Assembly: GCF_006345805.1 (NCBI RefSeq)
Contig: NC_043000.1
Location: forward strand, 121,148,001-121,212,000
Origin: Octopus sinensis
Taxonomy: Eukaryota
Reading direction: 5' to 3'
DNA: 64,000 nt
In this document: positions 13,404-28,224 of the stretch, in pieces
Numbering within the stretch: the first letter of the stretch is position 1
Layout: the number at the start of each line of letters is the position of its first letter
Program-made: the position numbers and the translations under genes
Notes under the pieces: generated by a model
What the model was told of the DNA's origin: nothing
The model's database searches: none
The model's input: the letters and a program-made list of their open reading frames with translations, nothing else

Positions 13404-13838
13404 GGCGGCGAGTTGACAGAAATGTTAGCACGCCGGGCAAAATGCTTAGCGGTATTTCGTCTGCCGCTACGTTCTGAGTTCGAATTCCGCCGAGGTCGAC
13501 TTTGCCGTTCATCCTTTCGAGGTCGATTAAATAAGCACCAGTTACGCACTGGGGTCGATATAATCGACTTTATTCGTTTGTCAGTCCTTGTTTGTCCCCT
13601 CTGTGTTTAGCCCCTTGTGGGCAATAAAGAAATAAGAAACGTCAGCACGTCAGCCGAAATCTTTAGCGCTATTTCCTCTGCCTTTACGTTCTGAGTTCAA
13701 ATCCCACCGAGATCGACTTTGTCTTTTGTCCTTTCGAATTTGGTAAATTAAGAGCCAGTTGCGTACTGGGGGCGATCTAATCGATTGTCCCCCTCCTCCC
13801 AGTTATTTCGTGGCTTGTACCTAGAGTAGAAAAGAATA
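13404..13838 (+). mobile_element. SINE type A, dimeric
   Basis: ggcggcgagttgacagaaatgttagcac (A box), gagttcgaattcc (B box), core tcatcctttcgaggtcgat. The second unit starts at aagaaacgtcagcac and ends ctagagtagaaaagaat. Confidence 0.85.
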
Positions 13839-13865
13839 TGTGTGTGCGTATGTGTGTATGTTTCC

Positions 13866-13929
<64 letters not shown>

Positions 13930-14194
13930 GTGTGTTTCTTTGTGCGCATGTTTCTGCAGGTGTGCATGTATGTTTTTATGTGTGACTTGGTGTACGTGAG
14001 TGAGTTCGTGCTTATATATATTTGAGTGTTTGTGAGTGTGTGTGAGTATTTGTGTTTCTCTATATCTATGAATTCCTCTAAAATTCACAGCGACATTTCA
14101 CTGTTATAAACCAAAAATGTAGTGCAATAACTTGGAAGATATCCAGGCAACTGGTTTCTAGATATTCATCACCAAAACTGTTCGGAGATCCAAT

Positions 14195-14308
14195 ATCTAT
14201 CTAGCTATCTATCTATCTATCTGTGTATTTATCTATCTATCTGTTTGTGTATCTATCTATCTGCGTATTTATTTATCTATCATGTATCTCTCTCTCTCTG
14301 TATGTATG

Positions 14309-14348
<40 letters not shown>

Positions 14349-14887
14349 CAAACATACATACATATATATATATATAATATATACATAGACAAACATACGC
14401 ATGTGTACATTTATGAAATTATATATTTATATATTTAGCCTTTTCCTATCTACCTTTGATATTTCAAGATGATGTCTGATACCATATTGATGAAACACTA
14501 CCACGCATTTTATTAGTTCTAGCGACACATTCATCACCGACTAGACTATTGAACTATTCATAGAGGTGGATGCCAGGCTTATAATATCTTGGACACTTCC
14601 CGTGAAATTATTCTCTAAATAGTTGCCGCTGCAGTCATGTAGGTTTGCGCTCGTATTGATCTTGGATTTTATCGATTGAAAAATATTTAAATAGCTTGCT
14701 TTTGTTCATTTACAAATCTTTAACATCTTTTCCTTTCTCTGGAAAAACGGCTCCATAAATACTCATGTTGAATTTATTCAAAGAATTCGCATTGTTTTGT
14801 GTCTAAAAGAACATCAAGCTTATACGAAAACAACACTTGAACAAGTATAGGCAGGCACTGATTCTTATTGACATGTATAGAGTCACG

Positions 14888-14927
<40 letters not shown>

Positions 14928-15026
14928 GGGTGTGTGTGTGTGTGTGTGTGTTTGTGGTGTGTGTGTGTGTGAGTATGTATACATATATACATAATTATAC
15001 ATATATATTCATATATATAAATATAG

Positions 15027-15086
<60 letters not shown>

Positions 15087-15329
15087 GTATATCATATGCA
15101 TGATCTGTGGATATAGTACACGTAAACAATATAATAAATACATATACAGATAGATCAATATGGCAATATTAATAGATGTATACAGCTTTATTAAAGACAC
15201 AATCTGACATACCAACACAGAGACTCACACATACCTAACACACAAACATCGACATCATTTTCACTACATACATACATACATACATACATACAATATATGT
15301 ATATATATATACATATAAACAAACTTTGC

Positions 15330-15373
<44 letters not shown>

Positions 15374-15504
15374 ACCTAGCAACATAGACGCGTGTGTTTG
15401 TGTGATTAAGTACACATATTTATGTTAACGCAATTATAGATGGGATGGACATAATGAATATTATGTCGGTGCATCATACCATTGATGTATATATATTATC
15501 TATG

Positions 15505-15536
<32 letters not shown>

Positions 15537-15540
15537 TATG

Positions 15541-15634
<94 letters not shown>

Positions 15635-15767
15635 TGCATTATATATATAATGTATGTACGTATTTGTGTATGTATATCCTATATTTCATAGATATACTCA
15701 GTATTCGCCCTCACAGACACGTGCTGATATATACAACTACAGGAGCTTTTTAAAAAATCTATGTACT

Positions 15768-15819
<52 letters not shown>

Positions 15820-16452
15820 TAGAGAGGAGACAGAGTAATTTAGAAACATTAACGGAAAGTAGGTATGAGGAAAGGAGACATCATTAGCCTGAGATATATT
15901 TTTACATGTATATTTAAAATTTTCTGCATTGCCTTGACTACACTCCAAATGATTTTATATGAATGCGTTTCATTTTTGTAAGAGCTCAATGCTCTTGTAC
16001 GCCCTCATATAACTAGCATATCTTTCCCACATTTTTGGGAGTGCTGATAAGAGAAATCGATAGAATTCTTTTTTTTTTTTTTCACAAATTCAATGATCAA
16101 CGTACCTGAGGGATTTCTATTGGGACTGACCATCTCCCGGAATAGTTGCCTTCACCACGGCTTAGAGTCCAAACGGATCTGGTCGGCTAAAGTTGTACAT
16201 GAGCACGAAATGGGAAGTCACGTGAATTCGCCCTTCAGCGCGACTAGTACTTTGTATCGTGAACCATAACAAATGGTTGCATGGTCGGGCTGTCTGTGAC
16301 TAAATCGGCACAACACCACAATGCCTGCTTGGTTAGTAGGAAGCTTTCTGCGAAGTTACGGGATAAAAAGGCAGACAATTCAAGAGCAATGGAACTCAGG
16401 AGAGTAAATAGCCATCAGCAATGCGATATATGTATATATATATATATAATAT

Positions 16453-16502
<50 letters not shown>

Positions 16503-16719
16503 TATATACATACATATCTACATATATATATATATATGTATATATATATGTATGTATATATATGTATATATATATATATATTATATATATATATAAATAT
16601 ATGTATATATATGTATATATATATATAAATATATGTAGTAATATTATAATGTATGTATATATTTATGTATAATATATATATGTGTATATAAAGATATATA
16701 TATATATATATATATATAT

Positions 16720-16777
<58 letters not shown>

Positions 16778-17727
16778 GCTTACGTGTGCTTTTTTTAGAT
16801 AAACATGTGTCTGAGTATGTGTGCGTGTGCGTATGTGGTTGTGCGTGTGTGAGTGAGAGTGAGAGCGAGAGAGAGAAAGAGAGAATCCACTTTCATAGCT
16901 GGCGGATTGCATTCTATTGTATCAAATTAAATACGCCATTCACTTCAAATGTCATTTGAACAATCCTTTTTGTCTTCGTTGTTTTCATTTCGCCTGTATT
17001 CTCTCCCATTAAGAACCACATATTATGTTCAATCTCTTGCTTTTAAGATTGAATGAATTTTTTAAGTGAATGCGAAATAGCCGCCATCTTGGTTCCTGGA
17101 CAATTCTTACGCCTTACTCTATTCCTCCGTTTCGTATGCATCCATGTTGCCTTCATATTTGCATTTTTATTTCATTCTCTTCATTCCTTTTATTTCCATT
17201 TTCCCTCAACCTTTTCATTTCTTCTTTCATTTCTTCATTCATGATTAAATATATCTTTCCTTTTCTCGTTCTCTTTACACATCTATGTCTCTATACCGGT
17301 GTACATTTTAAAGTCCTGCACTAAATTCCTGCGTCTCTCCTGTCTGATGTTTTTTCCAAATAATACGCACTTCCTGTAGAATTCTTTGTATCTTAAGAAT
17401 ATATCATATTATAATATTCATTTGGTTTTCCCGATTTCCCTTCTTGCAACTACTGCCTTATTCTTTAAGTCTATCTTTCTCCTTCCTCTCATCCATATTC
17501 CGTTGTTTGATCGATCATGGTTCTTCTATTCTTTGTTGTACATAATGCGTTCCGTGTGTTTGCTAACATTTTGCTATTTAAGCGTGTGCGCTTCACGGTC
17601 GTGCCTTTTCTAGACTTACATAGATATATAGATAGATAAATACATACATCCATACATACATACATCCATACATACATTCATATATACATACATACATACA
17701 AACAGATATATATATATACAAACCTGT

Positions 17728-17759
<32 letters not shown>

Positions 17760-17809
17760 GCAGAGAGATAGATAATATATATATATATATATTATATATG
17801 TATGTATTA

Positions 17810-17865
<56 letters not shown>

Positions 17866-17885
17866 CTATATATATATATATATTA

Positions 17886-17920
<35 letters not shown>

Positions 17921-17946
17921 GTACATATATATATATATATATATAT
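14195..17946. repeat. Cluster of (TCTA)n, (TA)n, (TG)n and (GA)n microsatellites separated by short unique or decayed-repeat segments
   Basis: Arrays at about 14195-14420, 14885-15110, 15490-15660, 15770-15815, 16425-16780 and 17620-17946. Confidence 0.9.
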
Positions 17947-18113
17947 AGGGAGAGTTTACGAAAACAAAAGACGAAGAAAGGTGGTGTAGAAGACAAACAG
18001 ATGTGTTAGTATAACGCTCAGGAATATAAAAAGTCTTTTACGTTTCGAGCCTACGCTCTTCTACAGAAGGGACACAGAAAAAAAATGTACTGGCTAACGA
18101 TCTATCATGGCGA

Positions 18114-18116
<3 letters not shown>
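17947..18116 (-). mobile_element. Short Penelope/retrozyme-like repeat (family H1) with a minimal hammerhead-like motif
   Basis: Minus strand 18070-18031 reads CCUU-CUGUAGA-A-GAGC-GUAG-GCUC-GAAA-CG-UA-AAAG. Embedded in (TA)n. Confidence 0.6.
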
Positions 18117-18155
<39 letters not shown>

Positions 18156-19065
18156 ACGTTGCATGTGTATAATACATGTGTACATACATAAATATAAATA
18201 TATATACACACACACATACAGATATACGTGTATCTGTGCGTTTCATCAGACAATACTATTTACCAGCCTGCTTATGCTTCTATCCAATTTCTTATAATTG
18301 CTACCACCATCAACAGTATGAAGAAACCTGTCCATTTTACCATTAATTATTGAGTACTTTACTTCAAATTACCGTTTTTGCATTCAATTTTAAAACGAGT
18401 GTATTCTAATACGTACATGCATATAATCACACCTACATTTATACCCACATACAGACGTATGCAAAAATATACACATATATGAAATTAGGTTGAAGAGAAA
18501 CTTATAGACTTCTCTGTAAATAAATATTTATCTGTCTCCACTCTACTGTAAAATATCGAATGCACTAATTTAAATTGTCATTTTTGTATTCTATTTGAAA
18601 CGAAGAACTTGTAATACGTAATTACGTGCATAATTACATACATATATACTCCCACACATACATAGAAGCATGCTTCTACACACACACACATACATACATG
18701 TACACACATAATTGACCAGTACTGTTTGTACTGGCCTAGCAAAGGTAAGACGCTTTTAATATTCACAGGACTTTTTAAGTACCATGCATAATGTAGAGTA
18801 GATTTGTCAGTATTCTGTGGTAGGGAAATATTTTTGACTTCTATTTTTTGCGATGTAGGTGCTCATCGGTACCTCTGTGTATACATGCATACATACATAC
18901 ATGCATATATATATTGTATATATGCATTCCTCTAAAAATATATATATATATATATATATAATTATTATTTGAGGGAATATAAATCCAAACTTATTGGGAA
19001 AAAAATTCAATTTAGAAATACTAAATCAAATTTCACACAATATAATATATATATATATATATATA

Positions 19066-19119
<54 letters not shown>

Positions 19120-19122
<3 letters not shown>

Positions 19123-19295
19123 AAATTAGGAGAAAACAACTTTTTACCAATTCAAAATGAACAATTAAATACACCATCCAGAAAATTACATATATTACAA
19201 ATATCAAAATTAAATAAACAATAAAATTTAAATTAACAATAAATATTCAATGATTAAGTAAATTGCAAAAAAATAATAAAAACGTATATATATTT
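19120..19295. repeat. AT-rich dispersed repeat (second copy at about 36103-36255)
   Basis: Shared gagaaaa..cttttta.caattcaa.atgaa.aattaaat..accat...gaaaatta and caatgattaagtaa..gcaaaa..aacgtatata. Confidence 0.6.
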
Positions 19296-19366
19296 ATATA
19301 TATAAGAGAGAGATAGAGATAGATAGATAGAATGAGAGATATAGATAGATAGACAGATAGACAGAC

Positions 19367-19435
<69 letters not shown>

Positions 19436-19599
19436 TAGATAGATAGATAGATGATAGGTAGAGTGATAGCTACGACAAATACCATATGTTGTTGAAAATG
19501 GGTTGGAAATAGATTTATAGAAATGTATTTGTTTAACTATACAAGATCTTTGAGAAGCTACCGGCTTTAAGTGTATTGCGAGAGACCATGTTTCAGGCC

Positions 19600-19755
19600 C
19601 AATATTTCCCGTTCTTTTACAGAGCTTAGAAAAACTGAAGGACCATTGCAATAAGTGTAAGAATAATGTGAGGGGGGTATATGTTGAATGAAATCATAAT
19701 TAACTGATCCTTCTGTATTTTCTTTTACCCAAAGCTAGCAAATTTTCAGAAACAT
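19600..19755 (+). mobile_element. 3' tip of a decayed mariner transposase
   Basis: QSLEKLKDHCNKCK..RGVYVE* resembles the mariner C-terminus (EKL..RW.KC....G.YVE*), followed by a TIR-like aaattttcag. Confidence 0.5.
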
Positions 19756-20494
19756 TTTATTTTAAAAAGTTTGTCAGCCTGACCGCCTGCTTGCCTGTCT
19801 GACTGTCTGTCAGTCCCCTTCGCCCGTCAGTCTGTCTGTCTGTATCTCTTCTCTCTCTCTCCCTCTCTCTCTATTCATCTATCTATCTATTTGTCTGTCT
19901 CTCTATCACTATCTATCTATGTACCTATCTATCATTTATCTGATGTTGATATATATATATATATACATATATGTATATATTTAGATGGGGAGAGAGAGGT
20001 AGGGAGAGGGAGAATGTGAAGTAGATAGATATGGTAATAGATAGATACAATCGTGACGGTGATTATGTGAATATATACATGTTTTCAGAATACTTGTTAC
20101 GAACAGATAATTATATATCAAAGGTTATTGATTGAAATCCATAAGACACATTACATCTAAACTTTGTGCATTGCATTTTGCCCTAGACTTGCTTCTCATG
20201 TGTATCATTCTCTCACTTCCTTATGCAATAATATTCCATGCACAAATTCAAAATATTACATTCATTCACACACACCTACCACTTCTGCTGATATATGTAT
20301 ACACACTCATATACATTTATGTAAGTACATATATACTTACATATTATAAACATATATGTTTGTATATATGTGTATGCCTATATATATATATTATATATAT
20401 ATAATATATATGTAAAACACATAAACAGCTCACATCTATCTATCTATCTATCTATCTGTCTATAATATATATATCTATATATATATATAATATG

Positions 20495-20538
<44 letters not shown>

Positions 20539-21287
20539 TTATATAATATATATATTTATATATATATATATTTATATACATTATATAATATATATTTATA
20601 TACATTATATATATTTATATAGATAGATATATAGATAGATAAACAGACAGACAGGCAGACAACAGACAGATATATATATATATATAGATAGATATAGATA
20701 TATAGATAGATGTGAGCTTTTTATTGTGTAATGTTCTATAGTTCAACCCGTGCATTACGCTCCGATCTCCATAGAGTCAGCATCGTCTCGGCAGCTTCCT
20801 CATAAATAGCTGTGAGCATGCACCATTTAAATGGAAAGCTGATTACATATAACAGGTGGAATGCTGTAATAATTTAAGACTAGTTCTGTATGTTGTCTGA
20901 GAAGTGCATATCAAGCTTGTTGTACAAAGTGAAAGTGGGAACATTTAGAGAACCGTGAGAGAGTCGCAATGAATTTCATTATTAATTGCTAGTGTTCCTT
21001 CAGGCACAACTTTGTTTAACTGTTACTACTTTACCTACCTGACTATAGAAGTAGTTTTGGAGACGTACGTACAGTGTTCAGTTATCCGCGTTGTTATTTA
21101 CAGTTTCAGAAGGATAAATATGGTAGAGTCCTGGATAAAAATATTCTGTTATTGTTAGTGGTGTCCCTGTATCTTCTGAGTTGAAAAGCTCAGAACGTGC
21201 ACAGTAATTTTGTGTCATAAAATTATTTCATGATATTCCCTGGTGGTTAGTTATTGTAAGGGTGGTAATCATTTCTTTATAATATGT

Positions 21288-21465
21288 TGTGTCTGGGGAG
21301 AGTCATTTTCTTTTTGTGCCTTATAATATAACACACACATCGGTAAAATTTCCACTTTTTTCTTATTTTTATCGTCCAAAAATTTTCGTAGAAAAAAGTG
21401 GAAATTTTACCGGTGAGTGTGTTATATTATAAGGCACAAAAGGAAAATTACTCTCCCCAGACACA
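21288..21465. mobile_element. Fold-back/MITE-like element with about 75 bp inverted arms
   Basis: tgtgtctggggagagtcattttctttttgtgccttataatataacac..cggtaaaatttccacttttttc pairs with gaaaaaagtggaaattttaccg..gtgttatattataaggcacaaaaggaaaattactctccccagacaca. Confidence 0.85.
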
Positions 21466-22289
21466 CAGAATATGCTTCAACACACGAACTCATATAAAGA
21501 ATCTTGCAAACCAAATCCAAAAAACGAAATATTTCTTTATAAATTATGATGGAATGAGATGATTAAATTTGAAACAGAAGACCAAGGAAGAATATGTAGA
21601 GTAAAATAATATTAAGCGGTTTTCCTTACTCATTACGAAGATCTTAAACTTTCTGATAGTATTATTGTATTGCAAGGCGTATACATAATAGTCAGTATGC
21701 CTGCTTTATGTATCTGTGCTAGTGTTATAACATAAAACAGCGGTAAAAAGCAATTTGATATATAATGTTAATGCTATAGCTTTTATAGTAAGTCTTTTGG
21801 TTAAATTATATACAATGACCAAAGGTATAGGAATGATTACTTCAAATAAGTTTTACTGTCTGTTTATTTTCAAAGCTGCTGCTGTATACAGAATAAAAAA
21901 AACACAATATCAAAGATGTCTAGCTTTCAGCACGACGTTTAATTTCGAGAATATTTAGTATTGATTTCTTACCAGAACAGGACTTAGATGTATACTTCAT
22001 ACATTGTATACGATATTATTGTTTCTGTCATGTAAATCGGTGGCTGTGTGAACCTGTTGTGTATGAGGAATAATTGAATAACTAAATACCACAAGACATT
22101 GTGTCCGGAAACATCACTCAGTCTCCATTACTGAATTCGAAGTTAGAGCAGCCGTGTGTAGTTCAGGAATATGCACTATTAATGTGATTACATTGCATTG
22201 TGACTGTTTCATTGAAACACTAGTGTTAATGGAAATTCAGTATCACTTAACTGAATATAACTAATATGTAGGTATGACTATGTGACGTT

Positions 22290-22595
22290 CGACGGTTGCT
22301 TTGCAAACACGTGATTTGTAGTTCAGTCCAACTGAGTAACACAGACGTATTAGGCAAGTGTCCCCTACTATACCTCCGGGTCGACCAATGCCTTGTCAGC
22401 GAATTTGTTACAGGGAAACTTGGTGGAAGCCTCCCATGTATATACGTGTATATCTATGTATATATTAGAAGAAATAAGGTACTCAGAAATCTGGATGGTT
22501 TTATATTTACAGATATTTATTAATATGTCACATGTTTTTATAAATCACATAATAGCGCTTGCGTCCACTCTAGTGGAGTCTTCAGATAATCTATG

Positions 22596-22664
<69 letters not shown>

Positions 22665-22955
22665 GCGTGTGTGTGTCGGTGTCTGCGTGTGTGCGATCAT
22701 GTGTGTATGTATGCTTGTATCTGTGTGTGTGATTATGTCTGTCTTAGTGTCAATATGTGCCTTCCAAACTGCTTCACAGCTGTTGCGGGTGTGTTTGCCA
22801 GTCCGTAACTTAGCGGTTCAGCATAGAAAAGCACTAGACTCAGTACGAGTTGCAAACATAAAAAGCAATGGAATTGATGTTTTCATCTAAAACCCATCTT
22901 GGCTGTGCTGCGGCATAACCACAATCGAACGACTGAAACAAGTAAAAGAAGAGAA
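22290..22955 (+). mobile_element. Old SINE type B with expanded internal microsatellite or insert
   Basis: ggcaagtgtcccctactatacctccgggtcgaccaatgccttgt ... ccgtaacttagcggttc ... gactgaaacaagtaaaag. Confidence 0.65.
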
Positions 22956-23452
22956 ATTCTTACGTAATTAACCTGCGTCGCTAAGTTTTCAGTTCTTGAT
23001 GAATTTGATCAACTAAATTACAATGTAAGTGCCTGAGTATTGCACAGAGGTGTGTACTCATAATTTCATCCTTAGAAGGAATCAGCGCTACACAATGTGA
23101 GACATAAATATTCCTTTTAATTGCAGGTACCGTCAATCCAGTCACCAATTTCACTCGGTAGAATCTCACACATATTGACACACGCACATTCATACGTGCG
23201 CTCGCGCACCTATACAAATATCTTCTGTTTAAGACTATCATTAATAAGGTGGTAAGTTCAAAATATATCAAATTATAAACTCATAGCAGTGTGGAACAGT
23301 ACTGTTATAATTATTATTTGTCTCAGTAGATGGAAATGAACTCCAAAATATTAAATCAGCCAAAATTAAAATGGAGATAGGAATCAGGTGGTCCGATATA
23401 CTTTTAGTGATGCTTGTGACTCTGGGTACATTTCGCAATTATCTGTATTTGT

Positions 23453-23891
23453 TATTTCTTTACTGCCCACAAGAGGCCACACACATACGGGCCAAACAAG
23501 GACAGACAAACGGATTAAGTCGATTATATCGACCCCAGTGCGTAACTGGTACTTATTTAATCAACCCCGAAAGGATGAAAGGCAAAGTGGATCTCGGTGG
23601 AATTTGAACTCAGAGCGTAAAGATAGACGAAATACCTATTGTTTTACTACCCGCAAGGGTCTAAACACAGAGAGGACAAACAAGGACAGACAAACAAACG
23701 GATTAAGTCGATTACATCAACCCCAGTGCGTAACTGGTATTTAATTTATCGACCCCGAAAGGATGAAAGGCAAAGTCGACCTCGGCAGAATTTGAACTCA
23801 GAACGTAGCTGCAGACGAAATACCTATTTATTTACTACCCACAAGGGGCTAAACACAGAGGGGACAAACAAGGGCAGACAAACGGATTAAG
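23453..23891 (-). mobile_element. SINE type A headless tandem multimer (about 2.3 units)
   Basis: Repeated unit caaggacagacaaacggattaagtcga..ccccgaaaggatgaaaggcaaag..agacgaaatacctatt. Confidence 0.85.
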
Positions 23892-24539
23892 CATTCGCTG
23901 ATTAATCAGGTTAGAGAAAGAACAATGAAAAATGAATTGCACAAGGGGAAAAACCAGATACCCAAGAGCAGATGAACATATGAACACAAGTGACTTTGAG
24001 AATCGAAAATAAATTTTAATTAATTAAAATTATAGCACTTAAGAGTCCAATGCTGTTATTGGGGATGAAACTTATTCTTTGAAGGACGAAAACTTAAATT
24101 TCGATAAGCGAAAATTAAATGGAGTTGTAGCAAAGAATTCCTAATTTGTCACTGATTCTTACAAATCCATTTATGCTGAGGTTTTAGTTTATTCTTTCAA
24201 AAGCCACTGAAAGATTACCAAGTTCTGAAAACGACAACAATTTAAATACCGTTTGTTGTATGGGAGGACAAAATGTTCACTAATTAGCTACATTCAAATA
24301 TTGACTTTGGAAGCTCTTCTCAAGAGCTTCTACATGTGGTGCAAAACGTAAAGTTAAGTACAGGCCTCCCCTTTCATGAGATGGTAAATAGAAATAATAT
24401 CGAATATATTACAATCATAACTTTATTGCGGAAAGATAATTATTAGCGTTACTGAAAATGAATTGCAGGAACAAAAAAAAGAGAATATTACAGAATTTGA
24501 GATGATCTAAGCAGGGAAACTGAATCTGATTTTGAAACA

Positions 24540-25130
24540 CGTTGTGACAACACCAGTTCTGTTCAGTTATATTGGACATCATCAGCAACTTTTAGTACAC
24601 ATAATGGCATTGGATATATGGAAACTCTTGAAAGAGTTTGTCATTAATTTGATTTGCTGTGTGTAAATTAAACACCGACAAAGAATGTTTACCATGATGC
24701 TATGGAAATTATGATATTAAGAATGTCTCCAAGGAAACTGATATATAAAGAATATATTGTTCACTGAACCGAATACAGCGTTCCATAACTGGTGAAATGA
24801 ATATATGAGCAAAATATTCAACTTAATGAAATATATTTTGAGATGGATCAATACTTAGGACCGCTGGGATTTTAATAGAATGCTACTGATTGGAAATATC
24901 CAGGATGAGAGGCGAATATAATCTTTGGTAACCATTATGGCAATTGCGGGTATGTTTTCGCGTTACAGGAAATCCCCATAGCGAGGCATAGTGATTGGAA
25001 GCCTGCAGGTACTCAAGAGAGACTAATGAGAATAGTAATTTCTGTTGGTGTGCCTGGAAATTCAATCCTGAGTGGGAACAATTTTATGCAATGGCTTTGC
25101 AAGTGTGCCTCTTGAAAAAATTTAAATATT
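24540..25130 (+). pseudogene. Highly decayed Gypsy-like integrase region
   Basis: Across frameshifts and in the expected order: HNGIGYMETLERVCH*FDLLCV (like GH.G..kTleRv...FyWpgv), MFSRY/EIPI, GVP/EIQS*VGT, QVCLL. Confidence 0.45.
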
Positions 25131-25303
25131 GGCAAGTGGATATCGAAACAGAGGTGGTAAGCTGAAAATATAGTTTAATTAGATTAAATCATGATAACTC
25201 GAATGAGATAAAATCATATAGGTATTAACCAAAACTATTTTCTGAACCGATTAGGGATTGGACACCCGAAATACAATAAGCCATCACTTGAATGGTGATA
25301 TAT

Positions 25304-25651
25304 CCTTTTCTACTCTAGGTACAAGACCTGAAATTTTGGGGGAGGCTGCCAGTACACAACCAGCATTTAATTGATCGACCCCGACAGGAATTGGAACTGA
25401 GAATGAAAAGACAGACGAAATACCGCTAAGTATCTCGCCCAACGTGCTAACGTTTCTAATTTCTTTATTACTCACAAGGGGCTAAACATAGAAGGAACAA
25501 GCAAGGAAAAACATCGACCCCAGTGCGTAACTGGTACTTAATTTATCGGCCCCGAAAGATGAAAGGCAAAGTTGACCTTGGCGGAATTTGAACTCAGAAC
25601 GTAAATACAGACGAAATGCCGGCGTGCTAACGTTTCTGCCAGCTCACTGCC
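25304..25651 (-). mobile_element. SINE type A, dimeric, with a 17-bp TSD
   Basis: cttgaatggtgatatat at 25287-25303 and 25652-25668 flanks the element. Confidence 0.85.
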
Positions 25652-28224
25652 CTTGAATGGTGATATATTGTTGGAGTTGTAATTTCTGATTGGAAGTGAG
25701 AAACCTGAATCGTGTTGGTCATCTTCGGAGAAACCTGAATAACATCGATTCCCTCGCAATGAATAAGACAAAGACATTTTGTGTGAAAATGAATTGTTAA
25801 ATTGAATAGCACTGAAATTTTTTCTTCGGTTGCTTCTATTTGAAGAATATTTAGTTAATTTCAGGTTAATATACTTGTGGTTTTGGTGGGGGCAGGGGGT
25901 GCGCTTCTTTTGTATAATTGAAAATATCCGAATGCAGAGTTTAAATATTTTAAGAAGTTCAATAAAGTGTAAAGTAAACGCAGATGTATATTCTGGAGAT
26001 GAATCTGATGTTTGCCGACACTGATGAATGTAACAAAAATATTTCTGTAACAATTCACCGCAGAATCCTCTCAATTACTGCGAAGATTATAGAACGACTA
26101 ATAGAAATTTCTTTAGCAACAAATACTATAACTTACTAGAGAAATGATTATAAAACTTAGCAGCATCTCACAAGAAAAATTCTTGACAAACAACATAGAA
26201 CTTTGCAACCAATTGTACTCGCATTCTGAGGCGAAAATATTTTCATTTGTTGAAACTTTCACGATAAAAATTAATGAAAATTAGCGCGAAGGAAAATTAA
26301 TCTCTGAATAGACGGGACAGAAGCACCTCCGATGTTCCAATCAGTCCTATGTTTAATGGACATATGTGTAGGAGAGGAAAGTATGTCTAATTTTTGGCAG
26401 CTTTCGTGACAACACCGGATATGTTTTGGTATTGCTGGACATGCTCAATGAACCGCATTCGACTCAGTGGTTGCCAAGAACTAACAGAATTATATCTTTG
26501 AGTGGAGAAGCCTATGTGATTAAGAAAATTAAAATAATGATATTGGAAAATTTCCCAAAGGCGCTTTGTCTAAGAAGAACTAAATCTAAGTGCAGGCTAC
26601 TCCAAAATTGAGCAGGTGAAACACATTTTGTATTCATTGAAATTGTAAATGACTTTGAAAATGTTATTAGAGTTAATGGCGTGATGAAGCAGGTTCTCTT
26701 AAGGGATAAAAGTCAAAACACCTAGAATATCAACGAAACAACTTCACAATTATTAATAGCTATAGATTTGTGCTGGAATGTTCTTCAGTGACTTGGCAAA
26801 TTAAAATAAAGTCGGTAAAACACTTCTAAAGAATGCTTTGTTGGTAAGAAATAACCGATAAATTTACATGCAGGCTACCATACTGGAAATGGCGAACAGA
26901 AAATAATTCTTAAATAACTGTAACTCTAAAATTCATAACTCTCATGAAAGTAAGAACATCATTCGAATTCATAAAATATATTCAGACATACGTAAATTAT
27001 GTAACTCTTGAAATTTCAGTAAACCGACATATATAGTGAAATGAGAATGTGCAGTTGTTGTGGAAGGAATTGTGGCAGCTCATTCGATTTCGATTGACTG
27101 GTTTATATATTAGTGAACATATTTAGCGAAGCGTACTTAACTGAATGAAGCATATTTTACTGAGGTTCTTGGGATGTTCATAAGATTTTGTGTAATTGTG
27201 TGAGTATGTGTGAGTTTCAACGTTAATTAGTTGAAACTATAGTGTATAACACAAAATAGGAAGCTTAAATCAATGACGTTTAAAGTATTTTAAAGGAAAT
27301 TCGAAGATGGAACATATAAAGTGAAGACTATAAGAAATGAGGTGACGAGCGGCAATTAAACTTTAATTAGTTGAAACTAATAGCCCCAGTTATATCAAAA
27401 TTAACGGCAATGGAAATTATCCTTAAAAAGTCAAGGCGTGCAACTGTAGACTAATTAATGAGCCTAAATGGAATTTAGGTGTTGCAAACAGAGTAGACCT
27501 AAAAGTTTCAGCTAAGGTCAATAACATATTACTAATTTATTAGTTATTTTACAAAAGCGGTGTTTTTCGGTCTTGTTGGAATTCCTCCTCAAATTTCCCT
27601 AAAGTTTCTCTAAGTTTTTTCAAAAGTATCCGAGCCACAAAGAAAAATATTTACCTTTTTTCTGAAAAATATTCTATAATTGTGCTAATTGAAATAATGA
27701 CGTTGGTGATTTTCTCTAGAGTGCAACATGTATAAATATTATTTTAAGAGTATACTCTCATACGTGAGATCGAATATAAATATCAAGGGCTTTGTGGAAG
27801 CCCTTGCCATGTATATACGTACACACACATAGGCACACTCACATGTACACACATACATACATATACATACGCATACACACACAAACATCAAAGAGGGGTT
27901 AATAAGGGGTTTGTAATCCAGGCGAAATAACTCATGAGTGCTCTGCAGATAATAATGGATCAGGCTAGCAAATAAATGTCGAGATTGATGTTGAAGTTCT
28001 CAAAGGGGAAGGCTTAGATTTCAAATGATACCATCCTAATCAAATTTATTTTCCCGTGAAAATCAATTCACTGAGGCTCTGAAGAGGATAACAGAGGGTG
28101 ATTTGTTCTTCAATTTTTCAATCAATTGACCATAAATCAATGGATCAATGAAATTGACCTATGGAACTAACTCCTTCCAAAGGTTATCAGAAATAATTGT
28201 TAGCCTCAATAAATATGCATATCC

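Noticed and set aside
13404-13490. tRNA genes at the SINE heads (also 29440-29514 and 51603-51680)
   Set aside because: A and B boxes are present, but the cloverleaves are degenerate and run directly into SINE bodies
23453-23891. CRISPR-like or satellite array
   Set aside because: The units are SINE bodies of about 190 bp without unique spacers, in a eukaryotic context with no cas genes
25538-26074. 178-aa minus-strand ORF
   Set aside because: It is chimeric, running from unique DNA into SINE A, and has no motif
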